This document shows positions 54,601 to 64,000 of a DNA stretch of 64,000 bases, piece by piece. This DNA comes from Haplodiscus bocki (taxonomy: Eukaryota), in contig OZ296659.1 in the NCBI GenBank assembly GCA_965655095.1, positions 33,294,001 to 33,358,000 on the forward strand. Direction: 5' to 3'. Positions within the stretch are counted from its first letter, which is position 1. Every line of letters starts with the position of its first letter. The position numbers and the translations under genes are program-made. The notes beneath the pieces were generated by a model. That model was not told the DNA's origin. It made no database searches and saw nothing but the letters and a program-made list of their open reading frames with translations.

Positions 54601-54744
54601 ATAGTGCCAAAATTACCGAGAACGCCAGAGTTGCCGAAAAAGCAGAGATTAAACAGGTTGCCGGTTTTGCTGAAGTTGCTAAAATTGCAGAGATTGCCAA
54701 AACGGCCGAGATTGTTGCAAATGCCAAGGTTGGCATCTTTGCCG
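51632..54744 (+). repeat. Near-perfect tandem duplication, period 1553 bp, 2 copies; related to the 2166-bp unit
   Basis: Identical ORFs 51665/53218, 52023/53576, 52634/54187 and 52698/54251. Confidence 0.95.
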
Positions 54745-57469
54745 AAGTTTACCAGGTTGTCGAGAATGCCGTGACTGCCGAACTTGCCGAAATTGTCGAT
54801 ATTGACGACATTACCGAAATTGACGGGATTGCCGAAACTGCCGATATTGCCGATATTGCCAAAATGGCCGACAGTGCTGAGTTTACCAAGATTGCCCAAT
54901 ATGGCGAATCTTCCGAAAATGCCGAAAGTGCCAATTTTTCCGACTTCACCCTATTTGCTGAGATTGCCGAAACTTCCGAGATTGCCAACATGTCCAAAAT
55001 TGACGAGGTAGCCTAAGTTCGTGAGTTTGCTGAAAATTCCGAGATTGCTAAAAAGCCGATATTTCCGATGTAGCCATGATTGCCGTTATTACCGAAGTTT
55101 CTAAAAGTGCCAAGATTGCTGAAATTGTCAGAATTGCCGAAATCTCCGAAAGTGCCGAGATTGTCAAGACTCGCCAAAGTGCCGAAGTCAACAAAATGCC
55201 GTTTTTGGCAACAATGTCAGGATTTCCGATAGTGCCGAAGTTACCGAGAGTGCCAGAGTTGCCGATAATGCAGAGATTAACCAGGTTGCCGGTTTTGCTG
55301 AAGTTGCCAAAAACGCAGAGATTGCCAAAATGGCCGAGATTGTCGGAAATGCCAAGGTGGGCATCTTTGCCGATGTTTACGACATTGCCGAAACTGCCGA
55401 GATTGCCGTTCTTTCAGAAATTGCCGATATTAGGGAAGTTTTCAAAATCTCCGAGATTGCCGAAATTGCGGAACTTGCCAAAATTGACGACATTTCCAGT
55501 ATTGCCGAAATTGTCAGAGTTGCTGACATTTCTGAAATTGTCAAGATTTCCGTTTATGCCGAGGTTGCCGAAAACGCTGAGGTTGCCTATATTACGGAAG
55601 TTTCCAAACGTGCCAAGATTGCCGAAAATGCCAAAATTGGCGGAAATGCTGACATAGCTAGTGTAGCCGAAAATTTTGAGATTGCGGATTTTTCGAAATT
55701 TACGAGAATGCCAGTATTGCCGAAATTGTCAGAATTGCCGAAATGTCCGAAATTGTCGAGGTTGCCGTTTTTGCCAAGAATGACGAAAATGCCGAGAAAT
55801 GCCAGGTTACCGAGAAAGCCCTGGCTACCGACATTTTTGAGATTGCCGAACTTGTTGAGAATGCGAAAATGCCAAGATTGTCGCAACTTGCCATGTTGCC
55901 CAATTTGCTGATTCTGCCGAATTTGTCGTGATTGCTGATATTGCCAAATATACCAAGATTGCCGAAAGTGCCGAGAGTGTCAATTTTGCCCACGATGCCG
56001 AATATAAAAATGATGTCGCCTTTGGCAACATTGTCAGGATTTACGATGGTGCCGAAATTACCGAGAATGCCAGAGTTGCCGATATTGCAGAGATTAACCA
56101 GGTTGCCGGTTTTGCTGGAGTTGCCAAAAACGCAGAGATTGCCAGAACGGCCGAGATTGTCGGAAATGCCAAGGTTGGCATCTTTGCCGAAGTTTACCAG
56201 ATTGCCGAAAATGCCGTGACTGCCCAACTTGCCGAGATTGTCGATTTTGCCGATATTATCGAATTTGACGAGATTGCCGACAGTGCCGGTATCGCCGACT
56301 TTGCCAGAATGGCCGATAGTGCCGAGTTTACCAGGATGGCCCATATTGGCGAAACTGCCGAAAACGCCGAAACTGCCAAGATTTCCGACTCCACCGTATT
56401 TTCCGAGATTTCCGAAACTTCCGAGATTGCCAGTATGTCCAAAATTGACGAGGTAGCCTAAGTTCCTGAGATTGCAGAAAATGCCGAGATTTTCAGAACT
56501 GCCATTGTTGGCATCTTTGCCGAAGTTTACCAGATTGTCGAATATGCCGTGACTGCCGAACTTGTCGAGATTGTCGATTTTGACGATATTACCGAGTTTG
56601 ACGAGATTGTCGAAACTGCCGATATTGCCGACATTGCCAGAATGGCCGATAGTGCCGAGTTTACCAAGGTTGCCCATTTTGGCGAAACTGTCGAAAATGC
56701 CGAAACTGCCAATTTTTCCGACTTCACCTTATTTGCCGAGATTGCCGAAACTTCCGAGATTGCTAACATGTACATAATTGACGAGGTAGCCTAAGTTCGT
56801 GAGTTTGCCGAAAATGCCGAGATTGCTAAAAATGACGATAGTTTCGATGTTGCCATGATTTCCGTTATTACCGAAGTTTCTGAAAATGCCAAGATTGCCG
56901 AAATTGTCAGAATTGCCGAATTCTCCGAAATTGTTGAGGTTGCCGTTTTTGCCGAGATTGCACAAAATGCGAAAAATTCCCAGGTTACCAAAATTTTCGA
57001 ACCTGCCGAACCTGTTGAAATTACGAAAATGCCAATTTTGTCGCAATTTCCCATTTTGCCCAATCGGCTGATTCTGCCAAAGTTGTCGAGATTGCTGATG
57101 AAGCCAAAATTTCGAATATTGCCGAAAGTGCCGAGAGTGTCAAGATTGGCTAAAAAGCCGGTTATAACAAAAATGCCGACTTTGGCGACTTTGTCAAGGT
57201 TTCCGATAGTGCCGACATTATCGAGAATGATAGAGTTGCCGATATTGCAGAGATTAACCAGGTTGACGGTTTTGCCGAAGTTGCCAAAATTGCAGAGATT
57301 GCCAAAAATGCCGAGATTTTCGGAACTGCCAAGTTTGGCATCTTTGCCGAAGTTTACCAAGTTGTCGAGAATGCCGTGACTGCCGAACTTGCCGAAATTG
57401 TCGATATTGACGACATTACCGAAATTGACGGGATTGCCGAAACAGCCGATATTGCCGATATTGCCAGAA

Positions 57470-60384
57470 TGGCCGATAGTGCCGAGTTTACCAAGATTGC
57501 CCATATTGGCGCAACTGCCGAAAATGCCGAAACTGCCATTATTTTCGACTTTACCTTTTTTGCCGAGATTGCCGAAATTTCCGAGAGTGCCAAAATGTCC
57601 AAAATTGACGAGGTAGCCTAAGTTTGTGAGTTTGCTGGAAAAGCCGAAATTGCTAAAACTGCCGAAATTTCCGATGTTGCCATGATTGCCTTTATTCCCG
57701 AAAATTCTGAAAAAGCCAAGATTGCCGAAATTTTCAGAGTTGCCGAAATCTCCGAAAATGTCAAGGTTGCCGTTTTTGCCGACATTGCCCAAAGTGCGAA
57801 AAACTCCAAGGTTACCGAGATTTTCGAAACTGCCGAACCTGTTGAGATTGCGAAAGTCCCACTTTTGTCGCAATTTGTCATTTTGCCCAATCTACTGATT
57901 CTGCCAAAGTTGTCGAGATTGCTGATGAAGCCAAAATTTCGAATATTGCCGAAAGTGCCGAGAATGTCAAGATTAGCTAAAAAGCCGGTCATAATGAAAA
58001 TGCCGACTTTGGCGACTTTGTCAAGATTTCCGATAGTGCCGACATTATCGAGAATGCTAGAGTTGCCGATATTGCAGAGATTAACCAGGTTGCCGGTTTT
58101 GCCGAAGTTGCCAAAATTGCAGAGATTGCCAAAAATGCCAAGGATTTCGGAACTGCCAAGTTTGGCATCTTTGCCGAAGTTTTCCAGATTGCCGAAAAAG
58201 CCGTGACTGCCGAACTTGCCGAGATTGTCGTTATTGCCGATATTACTCAATTTGACAAGATTGCCGAAACTGCCGGTATTGCCGACATTGCCGGAATGGC
58301 CGATAGTGCCGAGTTTACCAAGATTGCCCATATTGGCGCAACTGCCGAAAATGCCGAAACTGCCATTATTTTCGACTTTACCTTTTTTGCCGAGATTGCC
58401 GAAATTTCCGAGAGTGCCAAAATGTCCAAAATTGACGAGGTAGCCTAAGTTTGTGAGTTTGCTGGAAAAGCCGAAATTGCTAAAACTGCCGAAATTTCCG
58501 ATGTTGCCATGATTGCCTTTATTCCCGAAAATTCTGAAAAAGCCAAGATTGCCGAAATTTTCAGAGTTGCCGAAATCTCCGAAAATGTCAAGGTTGCCGT
58601 TTTTGCCGACATTGCCCAAAGTGCGAAAAACTCCAAGGTTACCGAGATTTTCGAAACTGCCGAACCTGTTGAGATTGCGAAAGTCCCACTTTTGTCGCAA
58701 TTTGTCATTTTGCCCAATCTACTGATTCTGCCAAAGTTGTCGAGATTGCTGATGAAGCCAAAATTTCGAATATTGCCGAAAGTGCCGAGAATGTCAAGAT
58801 TAGCTAAAAAGCCGGTCATAATAAAAATGCCGACTTTGGCGACTTTGTCAAGATTTCCGATAGTGCCGACATTATCGAGAATGCTAGAGTTGCCGATATT
58901 GCAGAGATTAACCAGGTTGACGGTTTTGCCGAAGTTGCCAAAATTGCAGAGATTGCCAAAAATGCCGAGATTTTCGGAACTGCCAAGTTTGGCATCTTTG
59001 CCGAAGTTTACCAGATTGCCGAAAAAGCCGTGACTGCCGATCTTGCCGAGATTGTCGTTATTGCCGATATTACTCAATTTGACAAGATTGCCGAAACTGC
59101 CGGTATTGCCGACATTGCCGGAATGGCCGATAGTGCCGAGTTTACCAAGATTGCCCATATTGGCGCAACTGCCGAAAATGCCGAAACTGCCATTATTTTC
59201 GACTTTACCTTTTTTGCCGAGATTGCCGAAATTTCCGAGAGTGCCAAAATGTCCAAAATTGACGAGGTAGCCTAAGTTTGTGAGTTTGCTGGAAAAGCCG
59301 AAATTGCTAAAACTGCCGAAATTTCCGATGTTGCCATGATTGCCTTTATTCCCGAAAATTCTGAAAAAGCCAAGATTGCCGAAATTTTCAGAGTTGCCGA
59401 AATCTCCGAAAATGTCAAGGTTGCCGTTTTTGCCGACATTGCCCAAAGTGCGAAAAACTCCAAGGTTACCGAGATTTTCGAAACTGCCGAACCTGTTGAG
59501 ATTGCGAAAGTCCCACTTTTGTCGCAATTTGTCATTTTGCCCAATCTACTGATTCTGCCAAAGTTGTCGAGATTGCTGATGAAGCCAAAATTTCGAATAT
59601 TGCCGAAAGTGCCGAGAATGTCAAGATTAGCTAAAAAGCCGGTCATAATAAAAATGCCGACTTTGGCGACTTTGTCAAGATTTCCGATAGTGCCGACATT
59701 ATCGAGAATGCTAGAGTTGCCGATATTGCAGAGATTAACCAGGTTGACGGTTTTGCCGAAGTTGCCAAAATTGCAGAGATTGCCAAAAATGCCGAGATTT
59801 TCGGAACTGCCAAGTTTGGCATCTTTGCCGAAGTTTACCAGATTGCCGAAAAAGCCGTGACTGCCGATCTTGCCGAGATTGTCGTTATTGCCGATATTAC
59901 TCAATTTGACAAGATTGCCGAAACTGCCGGTATTGCCGACATTGCCGGAATGGCCGATAGTGCCGAGTTTACCAAGATTGCCCATATTGGCGCAACTGCC
60001 GAAAATGCCGAAACTGCCATTATTTTCGACTTTACCTTTTTTGCCGAGATTGCCGAAATTTCCGAGAGTGCCAAAATGTCCAAAATTGACGAGGTAGCCT
60101 AAGTTTGTGAGTTTGCTGGAAAAGCCGAAATTGCTAAAACTGCCGAAATTTCCGATGTTGCCATGATTGCCTTTATTCCCGAAAATTCTGAAAAAGCCAA
60201 GATTGCCGAAATTTTCAGAGTTGCCGAAATCTCCGAAAATGTCAAGGTTGCCGTTTTTGCCGACATTGCCCAAAGTGCGAAAAACTCCAAGGTTACCGAG
60301 ATTTTCGAAACTGCCGAACCTGTTGAGATTGCGAAAGTCCCACTTTTGTCGCAATTTGTCATTTTGCCCAATCTACTGATTCTG
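57470..60384 (+). repeat. Homogenised tandem array of the 827-bp unit, ~3.5 copies, flanked by diverged 827-bp units
   Basis: ORFs 57682/58509/59336/60163 and 58203/59030/59857 at offset 827. Diverged neighbours start at 56855, 60961 and 61787. Confidence 0.95.
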
Positions 60385-63149
60385 TCGAAATTGTCGAGGT
60401 TGCTATATACCCAAAAACGCAAAGGTTGCCGGAAGTGCCGGGAAGGCCAAGAATGGCCAAAATATCGAATATAACAAAAATGACGACTTTGGCGACTTTG
60501 GCAAGATTTCCGATAGTGCCGACATTATCGACAATGCTAGAGTTTCCGATATTGCAGAGTTTAACCAGGTTGCCGGTTTTGTCGAAGTTGCCAAAATTTC
60601 AGAGGTTGCCAAAAATGCCGAGATTTTCGGAACTGCCGAGGTTGGCACCTTTGCCGAAGTTTACCAGGTTGTCGAAAATGCCGTGACTGCCGAACTTGCC
60701 GAAAGTGACGGTATTGCCGAAACTGTCGATATTGCCGATTTTGCCAGAATGGCCGATAGTGCCGAGTTTACCGAGATTGCCCATATTGGCGAAACTGCCA
60801 AAAATGCCGAAACTGCGAAGATTTCCGACTTTACCGTATTTGTCGAGATTGCCGAAACTTCCGAGATTGCAATATGTCCAAAATTGACGAGGTAGCCTAA
60901 GTTCCTGAGTTTGCCGAAAATGCCGAGATTGCTAAAACTGTCAAAATTTCCGATGTTGCCATGATTGCCTTTATTCCCGAAAATTCTGAAAAAGCCAAGA
61001 TTGCCGAAATTGTCAGAATTACGAAATCTCGGAAATTGTCGAGGTTGCCGTTTTTGCCGACATTGCCCAAAATGCGAAAAACTCCAACGTTACCGAGATT
61101 TTCGAAACTGCCGAACTTGTTGAGATTGCGAAAGTCCCACTTTTGTCGCAATTTGCCATTTTGCCCAATCTACTGATTCTGCCAAAGTTGTCGTGATTGC
61201 TGATGAAGCCAAAATTTCGAATATTGCCGAAAGTGCCGAGAGTGTCAAGATTGGCTAAAAAGCCGGTCATAACAAAAACGCCGATTTTGGCGACTTTGTC
61301 AAGATTTCCGATAGTGCCGACATTATCGAGAATGCTAGACTTGCCGATATTGCAGAGAATAACCAGGTTGCCGGTTTTTTCGAAGTTGCCAAAATTGCAG
61401 AGGTTGCCAAAAATGCCGAGATTTTCGGAACTGCCGAGGTTGGCACCTTTGCCGAAGTTTACCAGATTGTCGAAAATGCCGTGACTGCCGAACTTGCCGA
61501 AATTGTCGATTTTGCCGACATTACCGAAAGTGACGTTATAGCCGAAACTGTCGATTTTGCCGATTTTGCCAGAATGGCCGATAGTGCCGCGTTTACCGAG
61601 ATTGCCCATATTGGTGAAACTGCCAGAAATGCCGAAACTGCGAAGATTTCCGACTTTACCGTATTTGTCGAGATTGCCGAAACTTCCGAGAGTGCCAAAA
61701 TGTCCAAAATTGACGAGGTAGCCTAAGTTTGTGAGTTTGCCGAAAATGCCGAGTTTGCTGAAACTGCCGAAATTTCCGATGTTGCCATGATTGCCTTTAT
61801 TCCCGAAAATTCTGAAAAAGCCAAGATTGCCGAAATTGTCAGAATTGCCGAAGTCTCCGAAATTGTCGAGGTTGCCGTTTTCTCCGACATTGCCCAAAAT
61901 GCGAAAAACTCCAAGGTTACCGAGATTTTCGAAACTGCCGAACCTGTTGAGATTGCGAAAGTCCCAATTTTGTCGCAATTTGCCATTTTGCCCAATCGGC
62001 TGATTCTGCCAAAGTTGTCGAGATTGCTGATGAAGCCAAAATTTCGAATATTGCTGAAAGTGCCGAGAGTGTCAAGATTGGCTAAAAAGCCGGTCATAAT
62101 AAAAATGCCGACTTTGGCGACTTTGTCAAGATTTCCGATAGTGCCGACATTATCGAGAATGCTAGAGTTTCCGATATTGCAGAGTTTAACTAGGTTGCCG
62201 GTTTTGTCGAAGTTGCCAAAAATGCAGAGGTTGTCAAAAATGCCGATATTTTCGGAACTGCCAAGGTTGGCACCTTTGCCGAAGTTTACCAGATTGTCGA
62301 AAATGCCGTGACTGCCGAACTTGCCGAAATTGTCGATTTTGCCAACATTACCGAAAGTGACGGTATTGCCGAAACTGTCGGTATTGCCGATTTTGCCAGA
62401 ATGGCCGATAGTGCCGAGTTTACCGAGATTGCCCATATTGGCGAAACTGCCAAAATTGTCGGAACTGCGAAGATTTCCGATTTTACCGTATTTGTCGAGA
62501 TTGCCGAAACTTCCGAGATTGCCATTATGTCCAAAATTGACGAGGCAGCCCAAGTTCCTGAGTTTGCCGAAATTGCCGAGATTTTCTGAACTGCCAAGGT
62601 TGTCATCTTTGCCGAAGTTTATCAAATTGCCGAAAACGCCGTGAATGCCGAACTTGCCGAGATTGTCGATATTGCCGACATTATCGAAATTGAGGGGATT
62701 GCCGAAACTGCCGATATTGCCGACATTGCCAGAATGGCCGATATTGCCGAGTTTGCCAAGATGGACCTTATTGGCGAAACTGTCGAAAATGCCGAAACTG
62801 CCAATTTTTCCGACTTCACCTTATTTGCCGAGATTGACGAAACTTCCGAGATTGCCAATATGTCCAAAAATGACGAGGTAGCCTAAGTTCGTGAAATTGC
62901 CGAAAATGCCGAGGTTGCTAAAATTGTCGATATTTCAGATGTTGTCATACTTGCCGATTTTACCGAAGTTTCCAAAAGTGCCAAGATTGCCGAAATTGTT
63001 AGAATTGCAGAAGTCTCCGAAATTGTCGAGGTTGCGTTTTTGCCGAGATTGCCCGAAATGCGAAGAATTCCCACTTTACCGACGTTTTCGAAACTGCCGA
63101 ACTTGTTGAGATTGCGAATTCGCCAATTTTGACGAAATTATCGAGATTG

Positions 63150-63830
63150 TCAGTGTTGCCGAAATTGTCCAGTTGGTGAACATGCCAAATTGCCGAGATT
63201 GCCAATATTGCTGAAATTGTCAGAATTACCGAAGTTTCCGAAAAAGTCGATGTTGCCGTTTTTACCGAGACTGTTGAAAATGCCGAGAATTCCCAGGTTA
63301 CCGAAGGTTTCGAGAATGCCGAACTTGCTGAAATTTCGAAAAAGGCAAGATTGTCGCAATTTGCCATTTTTCCGAAATTGATTTTTCCGAAGTTGCCGAG
63401 ATTGCCGATATAGCCAAAAAAAACCGAGATTGTTAAGTTTGACAAAAAAGGCTGAATAATACAATAAAGCGGAATGTGGCTAGGTTGTCGAGATTGCTGA
63501 TAGTGCCGACATTGCCGACAATGACAGAACGGCCGATAATGCCGAGATTACCAAGATTGTCCATATCGGCGAACTTGCCGATATTTTTGAAACTGACCAG
63601 ATTGCCAAAATGTCCGAAAACTACAAGGTTGCCTAAGTCGCTGAACTTGCCGAATATGCCAAGAAGGCCGCTATTGCTGAAATTGCCTATATTACGGAAG
63701 TTTTCAATGGTGCCGAGATTGCCGAAAATGAAAAACTGGCGGAAATGCCGACATTGCTAGTTTTGCTGAAAATTTCGAGATTGCCCTAATTTCCGAAAAT
63801 GCCGAGATTGCCAGTGTTGCTGAAAATGTC
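63150..63830 (+). repeat. Return to subfamily-A-type sequence, followed by B-type sequence again at ~63850-64000
   Basis: A landmarks ttgtccagttggtgaac (~63166), gaatgtggctaggttgtcgag (~63472) and cagaacggccgataatgcc (~63525). B-type aatgcgaagaa..cccaggttaccgag and cccaacctgctcattctgcc follow at the end. Confidence 0.75.
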
Positions 63831-64000
63831 AGAATTGCCGAAATTTCCGAGATTGTCGAGGTTGCCAATTTTGCCGAGTCTGCCCAAAATGCGAAGAATT
63901 CCCAGGTTACCGAGATTTTCGAATTTGCCGAACTTGTTGAGATTGAGAAAGTTTACATTTTGTCGCAGTTTGCCATTTTGCCCAACCTGCTCATTCTGCC

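Larger units (their letters stand above)
33800..63100 (+). repeat. Satellite subfamily B domain built from ~827-bp and ~333-bp units
   Basis: Landmarks tgtccaaaattgacgaggtagcctaagtt and gaatggccgatagtgccgagtttaccaag. Landmark spacings are 323-333 bp (e.g. 37304-37637, 56461-56794, 62553-62886) or 826-827 bp (e.g. 42754-43580, 45629-46456, 56794-57621, 61726-62553). The 33.8-37 kb part is transitional. Confidence 0.8.
1..64000 (+). repeat. Satellite DNA array of a degenerate 9-bp monomer TTGCCGA(G/A)A, about 7,100 monomers (64,000/9), all head-to-tail
   Basis: ttgccgaga/ttgccgaaa and one- or two-base variants (ttgtcgaga, ttgccaaga, ttgctgaaa, atgccgaga, ctgccgaaa, tttccgaaa) recur at 9-bp spacing on every line. 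Translations show 3-aa periodicity in all frames (LPR/LPK, AEI/AET, CRD; GNL, SAI, RQS). The array runs off both ends of the window. Confidence 0.98.

Noticed and set aside
34688-62886. Recurrent ~81-aa MTAELAEI...KIDEVA ORF that looks like a multicopy small gene family
   Set aside because: It is only the interval between a gtg and a taa inside the 333-bp word. There are no distinct flanking signals, and some copies are frameshifted (38781, 40502, 42178, 60683).
343-63760. Hundreds of ORFs of 60-429 aa in nearly all frames (LPRLPK-, AEIAET-, GNLGNF-, SAISA-rich)
   Set aside because: The consensus 9-mer is stop-free in all six frames, so ORFs arise automatically. They overlap on both strands, paralogous copies differ by frameshifts and stops, and no domain or codon-position bias is evident.
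1-64000. CRISPR array or other repeat-spacer system
   Set aside because: There are no unique spacers; the sequence between landmarks is itself satellite. No cas-like or other gene is present.
1-64000. Telomerase-type telomeric repeat
   Set aside because: The monomer lacks a G-run strand and is highly degenerate, with variants inherited in kb-scale blocks. This indicates recombinational amplification rather than templated addition. A subtelomeric location cannot be excluded.

Overview
The whole 64 kb window is one uninterrupted, single-orientation satellite array built from a degenerate 9-bp monomer (consensus TTGCCGA(G/A)A, often as the 18-bp dimer TTGCCGAAA-CTGCCGAGA). I see no unique sequence, credible gene, RNA gene, transposon or CRISPR array. 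The hundreds of ORFs are a by-product of a 9-mer that has no stop codon in any of six frames. The array is hierarchical: 9-bp monomers, then position-specific variant strings forming ~333-bp and ~827-bp units (right half) or ~0.55-1.2 kb units (left half), then recent near-identical tandem duplications of about 1.2, 2.1, 1.2, 1.15, 1.7, 2.2, 1.55 and 0.83 kb. Two subfamilies occupy roughly 1-33.8 kb (A) and 34-63 kb (B). There are long-range exchanges between them, notably a ~1.6 kb B-type island at 12.3-14.0 kb that matches sequence 35.7 kb away. A recurrent phase-shifting block creates the inverted repeat TTGCGA-N14-TCGCAA in both subfamilies. The architecture is typical of eukaryotic (peri)centromeric or heterochromatic satellite, but organism and function cannot be determined from the sequence. 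Periods were read from offsets between matching ORFs and landmarks; boundaries are approximate and were judged by eye.
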